A DNA stretch of 45,667 nucleotides from Candidatus Rokuibacteriota bacterium (GTDB taxonomy: Bacteria > JAUVQV01 > DATDCY01), in assembly GCA_031406795.1 (NCBI GenBank), contig JANOHV010000107.1, positions 1-45,667 of the forward strand, given 5' to 3'. Position 1 is the first letter of the stretch, and every line of letters begins with the position of its first letter. Made by a program: the position numbers and the translations under genes. The notes under the pieces are model-generated. The model worked only from the letters and a program-made list of their open reading frames with translations. It made no database searches and had not been told where the DNA came from. This document shows positions 32,294 to 40,992 of the stretch, in pieces.

Positions 32294-33393
32294 GCCTGCC
32301 CAACCCTTTCTGTCGCCGGCTCGCTTGGCCGGCCGGCGCCGGCATCCCCGCCGAGCCGCTCGCGGATCAGCGACTCCTGCTCGGGGTTCGTTGCGTAGCG
32401 GTTCTTGCGGTAGCCGCGCACCGTGCCGAGAAACGCCCGCACGCGCCTCTCGTACTCCGGGTCGAACTCCAGGTCGAGATCGGCGTAGAGCCCGCGCAGC
32501 ACGCGCACGGGGTCCGCCTCCAGCTCCTCGAATTGCACGTCCGCGCGCCGGCCGGCCGGGAGCGCCGCGAACTCGGGCTCGAGCCGCGCCAGCATCCTGC
32601 CGTAGACTTCGACGATCTCCTCGATGCGCGGCGGGCCCCACCAGGAACCCAGCGTCAGACTCTTTCCGAGGAGCGCCCACATCTTCTGCGTCGACGGGAT
32701 CACGGCGAGCGGGTCGCGCCGGATGTGGATGTACCGGGCCTCCGGGAAGAGTGTCTCGAGCAGGGAGATCCGGACCGAGTGGAACGGGTTCTTCAGCACG
32801 ACGCGCCTGCCGGCAGCGAACCCGACTTTCTTGACGAAACCCGCGAGCGCCTCGCCCCAGGCCGCGACCTCCGCCTCGCGGACGAACCGGGGCTCCTCGT
32901 CGAGCAGGAAATAGCGTGCCGAACGCGGGAAGATCAGCCGCTCGAACGGGGAGTGCTCGATCAGTCGCAGCAGCGCGAACTCGTCCTCGTGCGGCTCGCC
33001 GGGGGCCAGGCGCACCTGGTCCATCGGACGGGTGGGGGAGAGCGTGCGGCGCAGCACCGGCTCGACGTACCGGCCGGCGACGAGAAACCCGGAGGGGATG
33101 ACGCACTGGAGCATCGTCGGCGCCGTGAGCCGCGGGTCGAGCGCGAGCAGCTGGTGCAGGAACGTGCTGCCGGTGCGCCAGTGGCCGACGATGATGATCG
33201 GGTCGCGGGCCGGCGGCACGGCGTCGAGACGCGCACCGAAAAGCGCCTGCTCGCGGCGCGCCCAGAACGAAGCCCAGACGCCGACCCAGAGGGCCGGCAG
33301 CAGGCGCGGCAGGGCCGCGGGGCGGATCCGGTTGCGCCGCAGCAGACGCAGGATCTGCCCGAGGGGGGCGCCGGTGAGATGGTGCGGTGTCAT
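32290..33393 (-). CDS. PAPS-dependent sulfotransferase
   Basis: IVGHWRTGSTFLHQLL 5'-PSB loop, RPMD, HEDEF, LKNP, HIRRDPLAVIPS 3'-PB motif. Confidence 0.9.
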   Translation of the reverse strand: MTPHHLTGAPLGQILRLLRRNRIRPAALPRLLPALWVGVWASFWARREQALFGARLDAVPPARDPIIIVGHWRTGSTFLHQLLALDPRLTAPTMLQCVIPSGFLVAGRYVEPVLRRTLSPTRPMDQVRLAPGEPHEDEFALLRLIEHSPFERLIFPRSARYFLLDEEPRFVREAEVAAWGEALAGFVKKVGFAAGRRVVLKNPFHSVRISLLETLFPEARYIHIRRDPLAVIPSTQKMWALLGKSLTLGSWWGPPRIEEIVEVYGRMLARLEPEFAALPAGRRADVQFEELEADPVRVLRGLYADLDLEFDPEYERRVRAFLGTVRGYRKNRYATNPEQESLIRERLGGDAGAGRPSEPATERVGQA

Positions 33394-33399
33394 CCGCGG

Positions 33400-33407
33400 A
33401 TTATACA
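33400..33407 (-). promoter_or_regulatory. -10 element positioned for a leaderless sulfotransferase transcript
   Basis: TGTATAAT then 6 nt then ATG (33393); no Shine-Dalgarno. Confidence 0.5.
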
Positions 33408-33461
33408 TTCACCGCGCGCAATTCCCCGCACCCCGGCCGCGGCATCGCAGTGCGCCGCTTC

Positions 33462-33489
33462 TTGACAATCTCGGCGATTGCGCCACTCT
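33462..33489 (+). promoter_or_regulatory. Putative sigma70 promoter for fabG
   Basis: TTGACA-16 nt-CACTCT. Confidence 0.4.
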
Positions 33490-33533
33490 AGCGGGGTGCC
33501 GAAGAACTCGCAAAGAACGCCGGAGTTGGCCGG

Positions 33534-34262
33534 GTGACCGGAGCGCGGATCGCGCTGGTCACCGGCGCCAGCAAGGGGATCGGGGCGGCGATCGCCCGGG
33601 CGCTGGCGCGCGACGGGTACGACATCTGGCTCAACTACCGCGGCGACGACGACGGCGCGCGGGCGGTGGCGCGCGACATCGAGTCCGGGGGCCGCGGCTG
33701 CAGGCTGCTGAAGTTCGACGTCGCGGACGAGGCGGCCGTGCGCGAGGCGCTCGGGCCGCTGCTGGAGGCGCAGGCGCCGGCGGTGCTCGTCAACAACGCC
33801 GGGTTCGCGCGCGACGCGCTGTTCGTCTGGATGACCCGCGAGGAGTGGCGCGACACCCTGGCCGTGACCCTCGACGGTTTCTTCCACGTCACGAAGCCGG
33901 TGCTGTTCGCGATGCTCAAGCGGCGCTCGGGCAGCATCGTCAACGTCGTGTCCACCTCCGGCCAGACCGGCATGCCCGGGCAGACCAACTACTCGGCCGC
34001 CAAGGGCGGACTCATCGCGGCGACCCGCTCGCTCGCCGTGGAGGTGGCGAAGCGCAACGTCCGCGTGAACGCGGTCGCCCCGGGATTCATCGAAACGGAC
34101 ATGACCAGGGCCCTCCCGCTCGACAAGATCCTGCCGAACATCCCCATGGGCCGGGTCGGGCACCCCGAGGACGTGGCCGCGGCGGTCTCCTTCCTCTGCT
34201 CGCCCGGGGCCGCGTACATCGTCGGCCAGGTGCTCTCGGTCAACGGCGGCGCGTACCTGTGA
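33534..34262 (+). CDS. fabG: 3-oxoacyl-ACP reductase
   Basis: TGASKGIG, NNAG, YSAAK, VAPGFIETDM, VNGG. Confidence 0.95.
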   Translation: MTGARIALVTGASKGIGAAIARALARDGYDIWLNYRGDDDGARAVARDIESGGRGCRLLKFDVADEAAVREALGPLLEAQAPAVLVNNAGFARDALFVWMTREEWRDTLAVTLDGFFHVTKPVLFAMLKRRSGSIVNVVSTSGQTGMPGQTNYSAAKGGLIAATRSLAVEVAKRNVRVNAVAPGFIETDMTRALPLDKILPNIPMGRVGHPEDVAAAVSFLCSPGAAYIVGQVLSVNGGAYL

Positions 34263-34291
34263 CGACGGCGCCCCGGTCCCTGTCCGCAAAC

Positions 34292-34446
34292 CCCACATCC
34301 GCGCGTTACGCGCGGATCAGTTGAGGCAGGCTTGTTGCCTGGTCTTGTTTTTCGGGGCTGGTGGCTCATACCTGACCGTGCTGCTCGCTGCAAGCGTTGC
34401 TTGACCGCTGCCCCCCCTGCTCTTCGTGAGCGAAATCAGGCTGTTC
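34292..34446. repeat. Second, apparently one-ended copy of the 7353-7559 element
   Basis: CCCACATCCGCGCGTTACGCGCGGATCAG followed by colinear blocks CTTGT, CCTGGTC, CATA, CAAGCG, CTTGACC, AAATC. Confidence 0.72.
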
Positions 34447-34460
34447 TAAACCCTCGATTA

Positions 34461-34489
34461 TTGACAAGAATACCGCTGCGTACTACCAT
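34461..34489 (+). promoter_or_regulatory. Sigma70 promoter for the ligase-radical SAM-export operon
   Basis: TTGACA-17 nt-TACCAT. Confidence 0.65.
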
Positions 34490-34601
34490 CTCCGGATGGC
34501 AGTCAGCAGTGCGTGTGCACGAAATCCGGATTCCTCTCCCCGCGGTCGGAACCAACCCCGGAGTCATGGCGAAGCAGTGCCGTTGTCGATGATCAGGCGG
34601 C

Positions 34602-35915
34602 ATGCCTAGACTGTTGCGACATCCGGAGTTGGGACAGGCGAGCGCGGCGGAGCGCGGCGCGGTCAGCATGCGGCTGCTGCGCCGGCACCTTGCCCACGCC
34701 GCGCGCTCCCCGTTTTACCGCGAGCGCTTCTCCCGGGCAGGGTTCGATCCGCGGCGGGTCGGAACGCCGGCCAATCTGGCGCGATTGCCGTTTACCGCGA
34801 AGAGCGACCTCGAGCAGCGCGGACGCGACTTCCTCGCCGCCCCGGCGCACGAGATCGTGGATATCTGCGAGAGTTCGGGAACGACCGGCCTGCCGGTGAC
34901 CCTGCTGCAGACACGCGCCGATCTCGAACGCCTGGCCTACAACGAAGAGACCTCGTTCCGAGCCGCCGGCATCGCCCCCGGCGAGCGGGTGCTCGTCGCC
35001 GCGGCGCTCGATCGCTGCTTCATGGCCGGGCTGGCCTACTTCCTCGGGTTGACCCGCCTCGGGGCCACCGCCATCCGCGGGGGATCCGGCTCGGTCGCCT
35101 TCCTGGCGGAGCTCGTCCTGCGCCACCGCCCCTCGGCCCTGGTCGGGGTCCCCACGCTGCTTGCGGCGGTCGCCGAAAACCTCGCCGCCCGCGGCGAGCA
35201 ACCGGCCGCGGCCGGCGTCGCGCGAATCGTCTGCATCGGCGAGCCCGTGCGCCGCGAGGACCTTTCGCTTTCCCCGTTGGGCGAAAAGCTCACGTCGCTG
35301 TGGGGCGCCGCCGTGCTGGGGACCTACGCCAGCACCGAGATGGCCACCTCGTTCGCCGACTGCTCCTGCGGGATGGGCGGGCATCTGCTCCCCGACCTGA
35401 TAGTGGTCGAGATCGTCGATGAGCAGGGCCAGGCCCTCCCCGCCGGCGTAGCGGGGGAAGTCGTCGCGACCCCGCTGCAGGTGAGCGGCATGCCGCTGGT
35501 GCGCTTTCGCACCGGAGACATCGCGACCCTCCATGCGGGCCCCTGCGCCTGCGGCCGCACCAGCCCGCGGCTGGGGCCGGTGATCGGCCGCAAGAGCCAG
35601 ATGCTCAAGATCAAGGGGACCACCGTCTACCCGCCGGCGATCTTCGCCGCGCTGCAGGAGATGGCCGGGATCCGGGGCTACTTCATCGAGGTGCGCGACA
35701 CGTTCGAACTCTCCGACCGGGTCACCGTGACGGTCGGCGCCGCCGGAGCCGACCTGACCCCGGAGGCGGTGGCCGACCGGATCGCGGTGCGCACCCGGGT
35801 GAAACCCGAGGTCGTCATCGTGGCCCCGGAGCAGATCGTCGCGCGCACCATTCGCGCCGACAAACGCAAACCAATCACCTTTTTCGACCTGCGGGAGAAG
35901 CGACATGTCGATTGA
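34602..35915 (+). CDS. Phenylacetate-CoA ligase (PaaK)-like AMP-dependent ligase
   Basis: SPFYR, LPFTAKSDL, ESSGTTG, TYASTE, RFRTGDI, CACGR, IGR...KIKGTTVYP; start uncertain. Confidence 0.88.
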   Translation: MPRLLRHPELGQASAAERGAVSMRLLRRHLAHAARSPFYRERFSRAGFDPRRVGTPANLARLPFTAKSDLEQRGRDFLAAPAHEIVDICESSGTTGLPVTLLQTRADLERLAYNEETSFRAAGIAPGERVLVAAALDRCFMAGLAYFLGLTRLGATAIRGGSGSVAFLAELVLRHRPSALVGVPTLLAAVAENLAARGEQPAAAGVARIVCIGEPVRREDLSLSPLGEKLTSLWGAAVLGTYASTEMATSFADCSCGMGGHLLPDLIVVEIVDEQGQALPAGVAGEVVATPLQVSGMPLVRFRTGDIATLHAGPCACGRTSPRLGPVIGRKSQMLKIKGTTVYPPAIFAALQEMAGIRGYFIEVRDTFELSDRVTVTVGAAGADLTPEAVADRIAVRTRVKPEVVIVAPEQIVARTIRADKRKPITFFDLREKRHVD

Positions 35916-36957
35916 ACCGGATCGCCCCTGGGGCTCCAATTTTTCCCCCGAAGAGATCGCCGAGACCCGCGCGCGCAAGGGGCTGCTCTCGATGGAGCTG
36001 GAGCTCTCGCGGGAGTGCAACCTGCGCTGCGTCTACTGCTACGCCAGCTCCGGCAAGGCGCTGCACAACGAGCTGACGCGGGAGGAGATCGCCGGCGCCC
36101 TCGACCAGGCGATCGCGCTGGGCGCCCGGCGGATCATCGTGATCGGCGGTGGCGAACCGCTGTTGTACCCCGGCGTCATGGACATCATGCGCGCACTGCG
36201 GGAGCGCGGCATCGCCGTCGACCTGTTCACGAACGGCACGCTGATCACCCCCGAGATCGCCCGCGAGCTGTTCGCGATGGGCGTCTCGCCGGTGGTCAAG
36301 CTCAACAGCATGCGCGAGGAGGTCCAGGACGCGCTCGCGGCGGTCCCCGGCACGTTCAAGCTCATCCAGCAGGGGCTGCGCAACCTGATGGACGCCGGCT
36401 ACCCGACCGCGGAGGCCCCCCTCGGCGTCGAGACGATCATCTGCCGCCAGAACATCCACGAGCTGCCCGGGATGTGGATCTGGGCGCGCGAGCGTGGCAT
36501 CGTGCCCTACTTCGAAATGATCACGTTCCAGGGCCGCGCGAAGCAGAAGCTCGACCTGAACGTCTCCTCCGAGGAGCTGCGCCGCGTCTTCTACGAGCTC
36601 TCCCGGATCGACCGCGAGCGGTTCGGCTTCGTCTGGGAGCCCCACCCCCCGATCGCCGCCCTCTCGTGCAACCGGCACGAGTACTCCTGCACGCTCAACG
36701 CCCAGGGGTACATCCAGCCCTGCGTCGGCGTCGACATGTTCATCGGCAACATTCGCCACGCGCCGCTGGCCGAGATCCTCGCCACCGCGCCGGTGATGGA
36801 GACCATGCGCGGCCTGCGCGGGCGGATCAAGGGGGCCTGCAAATCGTGCGAGCAGGCGCAGCAGTGCTACGGCTGCCGCGGGCTGGCCTATCACGTCACC
36901 GGCGACTTCCTGGAGGCCGACCCGCTCTGCTGGCTCAACCCCAAACGGATCATCTGA
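35905..36957 (+). CDS. Radical SAM/SPASM domain protein
   Basis: CNLRCVYC, GGGEPL, FTNGT; SPASM Cys pattern CNR...PC...CKSC...CYGCR...DPLC. Confidence 0.92.
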   Translation: MSIEPDRPWGSNFSPEEIAETRARKGLLSMELELSRECNLRCVYCYASSGKALHNELTREEIAGALDQAIALGARRIIVIGGGEPLLYPGVMDIMRALRERGIAVDLFTNGTLITPEIARELFAMGVSPVVKLNSMREEVQDALAAVPGTFKLIQQGLRNLMDAGYPTAEAPLGVETIICRQNIHELPGMWIWARERGIVPYFEMITFQGRAKQKLDLNVSSEELRRVFYELSRIDRERFGFVWEPHPPIAALSCNRHEYSCTLNAQGYIQPCVGVDMFIGNIRHAPLAEILATAPVMETMRGLRGRIKGACKSCEQAQQCYGCRGLAYHVTGDFLEADPLCWLNPKRII

Positions 36958-36976
36958 CGCGGGGGGCTGCGCTTCC

Positions 36977-37417
36977 GTGACCTCGTTCCCGGTGCCGATC
37001 GAGCGTCTGCTGCCGCAGCGGCCGCCGATGCTGCTGCTGGACCGGCTGCTGTCGTGCACCCCGACCGAGGGGACGGCGGACGCGCGGCTGACGCCCGGGA
37101 ATCTCTTCCGCCTGGCCGATGATTCCATCCACGCGGCGGCGCTCTTCGAGCTGATGGCGCAGGCGTACGCCGCGGTCCAGGGGTATCAGGACACGCTGGC
37201 CGGAAAACCCGTCGGCATCGGCTACCTCGCCGGGATCACGCGTGCGGTCGTGCACGGCGCCGCCCGGGTCGGCGACCGGCTCCTCGTGAACGTCCGGCAG
37301 ACCGCCGTCGTCCCGCCGTTCGTCCGGGCCGAGGCCCGGGTCCTGCGCGGGGACGAGACGCTGGCCGAGGGGGAACTGACTCTGTTCATCCCGCCCGCGG
37401 CGGAGCGACCCGCGTGA
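36977..37417 (+). CDS. Hotdog-fold 3-hydroxyacyl-ACP dehydratase (ApeP-like)
   Basis: LLPQRPPMLLLDRL, ELMAQ, GYL. Confidence 0.82.
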   Translation: MTSFPVPIERLLPQRPPMLLLDRLLSCTPTEGTADARLTPGNLFRLADDSIHAAALFELMAQAYAAVQGYQDTLAGKPVGIGYLAGITRAVVHGAARVGDRLLVNVRQTAVVPPFVRAEARVLRGDETLAEGELTLFIPPAAERPA

Positions 37418-38025
37418 GCCGCGCCCGCTGGGCCGGCGTCTGCCTGCTGCTCGCCATGGCGGCGCCGCTGCGGGCCGCAAGCCCGCAGGACGAGGTTCTG
37501 GCGCGGCTGGCGCAGGGCGGCGCGGGGATCGAAACCGCGCAGGGGCGCGTCCGGCAGGAGAAACGCCTCGAGATCTTCCAGGACACCGTGGTTTCCTGGG
37601 GCCGCTTCGCCTACCGCCGCCCCGACCGGCTGCGCTGGGAACTGACGGACCCGGTCGTCACCGGCTTCGCGATCACCGGTGGGTCGGGCCGCCGCTGGCA
37701 CGGCCTGACGGGAAAGACCGAACCCTTCACGCTCGAGAGCGACCCGATGATGCGCGTGATCGCCGGCCAGATCCTGGCCTCGGTTCGCGCCGACTTCACC
37801 CCGCTGCAGAAGGAATACCGGATCAGCGTCGCCTCCGAGACGCCGGTGATCCTGCACCTCGAACCGCGGGTCGCCAATCCGTTCGTCGAGCGGGTGATCG
37901 TCACCTTCTCGAAGGGGGCCGGGCACGTCGAGTCGGTCGCGGTACGCGAAAAGGGTGGAGACCAGACGACGTTCAGCTTCAGCGACGTCGAGGTAAACCG
38001 GCCCCTCCCCGATGGCACGTTCTGA
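37414..38025 (+). CDS. LolA-like periplasmic carrier protein
   Basis: Signal peptide, QEKRL, SWGRF..RPDRLRWE..P, GDQTTFSFSDVEVN. Confidence 0.82.
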   Translation: MSRARWAGVCLLLAMAAPLRAASPQDEVLARLAQGGAGIETAQGRVRQEKRLEIFQDTVVSWGRFAYRRPDRLRWELTDPVVTGFAITGGSGRRWHGLTGKTEPFTLESDPMMRVIAGQILASVRADFTPLQKEYRISVASETPVILHLEPRVANPFVERVIVTFSKGAGHVESVAVREKGGDQTTFSFSDVEVNRPLPDGTF

Positions 38026-40387
38026 TTCGCCGGTAGAACCGTTTCTCGAGCGGATCGTTTCGGCGACCCACCGCCGGCTCGCCGGACGGCGCGCGCTGCT
38101 CTCCGCGGTCACGCTCGGGCTCGTGCTCCTCGCCGCGCTGGTGTCGCTGAGCGCGACGATCCGCGAGGATCTCGGCGGGCTGCTCCCCGACGACCGCTCG
38201 GAAGCGGGCCGGAATTTCGCGCTGTTCTCCGGCACACCGCTGGCGCGCCGGGTGCTCGTCTCGCTCACCGCCGCACCCGGCGCCGCCGACGGCGCGCTCG
38301 CCGCGGCCGCCGACCTCCTCGAAGCGAAGCTCGTCCCGCCGCTGTTCGCGCCACCTCCGCCCGCGGGCGGACCGACGGAACTCGCCGCGCTGCTGCCCCG
38401 CGCGCTGCCGGCGATGGCCGGCCCGGAGGATCTCGCGCGGCTGGGCGCCTTCTCGTCGCACGTGGTCCGCGAGCGCCTCTCGGCGGCCTACGCGCTGCTG
38501 CTCTCGCCCGAAGGCCTGGGGGCGAAAGCCTTCCTGCGGGCCGACCCGCTGGGGATCGCCGGGCCGATCCTCGCGCGGAGCAGCCCGATCGGCCTGACCC
38601 CCGGCGCCGGCTCCTCGGAGCGGCGCCTGCGGGGGCCCGACGGGCGCAGCCTGCTGTTGATGCTCGACTCCCCGGTGCCGATGACGGATTTCGGGCAGGC
38701 GCGCGCGATGGAGCAGTTGCTGCAGGCGACCGCCGCGGCGCTGCCCGCCGGGATCGCGATGAAGACGGTGAGCGGGCACCAGTACACGCTGGCGAACTCC
38801 CAGACCATCCGGAAGGACCTGACCACCATCCTGACGCTCTCCTCGCTGGCCATCTTCGCCATTTACGTCTGGTTCCTGCGCACCCGGCTCGCGATCTTCG
38901 TCTTTCTCGTGCCGATGACCGTTCTCGTGCTGGCCACGGCCGGGGTCAGCCTGATGCCCGGGGGCGTGTTCGCGATCACGCTCGGGTTCGGCGGCGTGCT
39001 GCTCGGGATGGCGGACGAGTACGCGATGCACGTCTTCTTCGCCGTCCGTCAGCCCGGCGTCGACCGGGCGGGCGCCGTGGGCGCAGCCGCGCGGCCGGTG
39101 GTCATGGGCGCGCTGGCCACCGCCGCGGCCTTCGGCGTCATGGCCTTTTCCAGCCTGCCCGGGCAGCGGCAGCTGGCCATCTTCTGCCTGATCGGCATCG
39201 GCGCCTCGCTGCTGCTCTCGCTCATCGTACTCCCGCACCTGGTGACGCCGCGCGGGATGACCCTGCCGCCGCTGCCCCGGGCGCCTTCGCTGCCGGCGCG
39301 CGTCGTGCTGCCCGTCTGGGTCGCGCTGGTCGTTCTCGGCGCGGCCGGCGCCACGCAGGTACGTTTCGACGATTCGATGAACTCGCTCAACCACGTCACG
39401 CCGCGGCTGCAGATCGCGGAGGAGGAGATCCGCGAGCGCTGGGGCGACCTGCGCAGCCGGGCCATCATCTTCGCGCGCGGCGCCACGTTCGAGCAGGCAC
39501 TCGAGAGGAACGAGGCCGTCTATCGGCGGCTGGCCGGTACGCTGGCCCCGTCGGAGTTGCTGAGCCTCGCCCCCGTCTTCCCCGGCGCGCAGACCCGCGA
39601 GGCGCGCCGCCGGGACTGGCTGGCCTTCTGGAATGGGCCGGACGGCGCGCGACTGCTCGAGACGCTCCGCGTCGAGGGGGCGGCCCTCGGCTTCTCCGCC
39701 GGGGCGTTCGCGCCCTTCGTCGAGGCGACGTCCCGGCCCGGGCCGGCGCCGGATCCCGGGACGCTGCGCGCCGCCGGGTTCGGGGGGATCGTCGACGCGC
39801 TGCTGCTGCCGGGCGAGGGCGGCGTCACGCTGCTGACGCTTGCCCCCGACGACGGGCGCGCCGCCGCGGCGCTCGCGGGCCCCGGCGCGCTGCCCGGCAT
39901 CGCCGTCGTGTCGCCCGGCAGCTTCGGGGTCTCGATTTCCGACGCGCTGCACCGCGAATTCCTCCGTTATCTGGTCGTCGCCTCCCTGGTGATCCTCGGC
40001 GTCGTCGCGCTGACCTTCCGCGGCGCGCGCGAGCAGCTCCTCGCCCTCGTGCCGGTCTTCACCGGCATGCTCTTCATGTTCGGCGCCATGGGGGCGTTCG
40101 GCATGAAGATCAACCTGTTCAACATCATCGCGACGGTGCTGATCATCGGCCTCTGCGTCGACTACGGCATCTTCATGGTCTCCCACGCCGCAGCCGAAGC
40201 GGACCCGGCGACCTCGCGCGCGGTGCTCGTCTCGGGCCTGACGACGATCGCCGGCTTCGGCGTGCTCGCGCTGGCGAAACACCCGGCGCTGCAATCCCTG
40301 GGGCTGACGGTGCTGCTGGGCTTCGGCGCCGCCGTGCCCGCCGCGCTCTTTGTCATCCCCGCGCTGACTCGCAGGAGCGGACGATGA
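38012..40387 (+). CDS. MMPL/RND family lipid exporter (aryl polyene cluster type)
   Basis: Two TM bundles, DPLG, GMADEYAMH, GLCVDYGIF, TTIAGFGVL..AKHPAL. Confidence 0.88.
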   Translation: MARSDSPVEPFLERIVSATHRRLAGRRALLSAVTLGLVLLAALVSLSATIREDLGGLLPDDRSEAGRNFALFSGTPLARRVLVSLTAAPGAADGALAAAADLLEAKLVPPLFAPPPPAGGPTELAALLPRALPAMAGPEDLARLGAFSSHVVRERLSAAYALLLSPEGLGAKAFLRADPLGIAGPILARSSPIGLTPGAGSSERRLRGPDGRSLLLMLDSPVPMTDFGQARAMEQLLQATAAALPAGIAMKTVSGHQYTLANSQTIRKDLTTILTLSSLAIFAIYVWFLRTRLAIFVFLVPMTVLVLATAGVSLMPGGVFAITLGFGGVLLGMADEYAMHVFFAVRQPGVDRAGAVGAAARPVVMGALATAAAFGVMAFSSLPGQRQLAIFCLIGIGASLLLSLIVLPHLVTPRGMTLPPLPRAPSLPARVVLPVWVALVVLGAAGATQVRFDDSMNSLNHVTPRLQIAEEEIRERWGDLRSRAIIFARGATFEQALERNEAVYRRLAGTLAPSELLSLAPVFPGAQTREARRRDWLAFWNGPDGARLLETLRVEGAALGFSAGAFAPFVEATSRPGPAPDPGTLRAAGFGGIVDALLLPGEGGVTLLTLAPDDGRAAAALAGPGALPGIAVVSPGSFGVSISDALHREFLRYLVVASLVILGVVALTFRGAREQLLALVPVFTGMLFMFGAMGAFGMKINLFNIIATVLIIGLCVDYGIFMVSHAAAEADPATSRAVLVSGLTTIAGFGVLALAKHPALQSLGLTVLLGFGAAVPAALFVIPALTRRSGR

Positions 40388-40974
40388 GAGCCTCTCTCGC
40401 CTGGCTGGCGCTGCCTCTGGCGGCGCTGCTGTTGTGCGGCTGCGCCGCCGCGCCGCGGCAGAGGGCGCCTTCGGCCGCGCCGCCCGCGTGGCTGGCGACG
40501 CCCGCGCTCTGGCGGATCCGGCAGGTGGTCCTGATCGAACTGGGCGAGAAGCAGTTCCCGGTGCAGGGCCTGCTCGAACTGGACACCGCGGCGGGCAGCC
40601 TGCGGCTGGTCGCGCTGGACGACTTCGGCGTCACGCTCTTTCGCCTGACGATCACCCGCGCGGGCGAGCGCGTCGACTTTCTGCTGCCGCTGGTGCCGCA
40701 GGGCGCCGAGGTCACCCGTTCGGTCGCCGCCAGCCTCCGGCGGATCTACCTCGAACCGGCGCTCGTCGATTCCGGTGGCGCCGGAGTCATGCTCGAAAGC
40801 GGGCCCGACGGCAACGTGGCGACGGCGGCCCCCCGCGGCGGCGGCTGGAGGGTTTGGTATGATGCCTACGGCGACGCGGGCGGCGTGCCGGTCCCGCGGG
40901 TGATTCGCTTCCAGCAGCGGGGAGGCGCCAGCCTGAAGATCAACCAGGAGAGCGTGAAGCGTGTCGACAAGTGA
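40384..40974 (+). CDS. DUF3261-like lipoprotein
   Basis: Lipobox LCGC; LRLVALDDFGVTLF; position right after MMPL, as in aryl polyene clusters. Confidence 0.7.
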   Translation: MRASLAWLALPLAALLLCGCAAAPRQRAPSAAPPAWLATPALWRIRQVVLIELGEKQFPVQGLLELDTAAGSLRLVALDDFGVTLFRLTITRAGERVDFLLPLVPQGAEVTRSVAASLRRIYLEPALVDSGGAGVMLESGPDGNVATAAPRGGGWRVWYDAYGDAGGVPVPRVIRFQQRGGASLKINQESVKRVDK

Positions 40975-40992
40975 CTTGAGCGGAGGCCATTT

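Noticed and set aside
35905-36957. RiPP maturase system
   Set aside because: No plausible precursor peptide or RRE/PqqD domain nearby
37979-40294. 771-aa minus-strand ORF
   Set aside because: Antisense shadow of the MMPL gene
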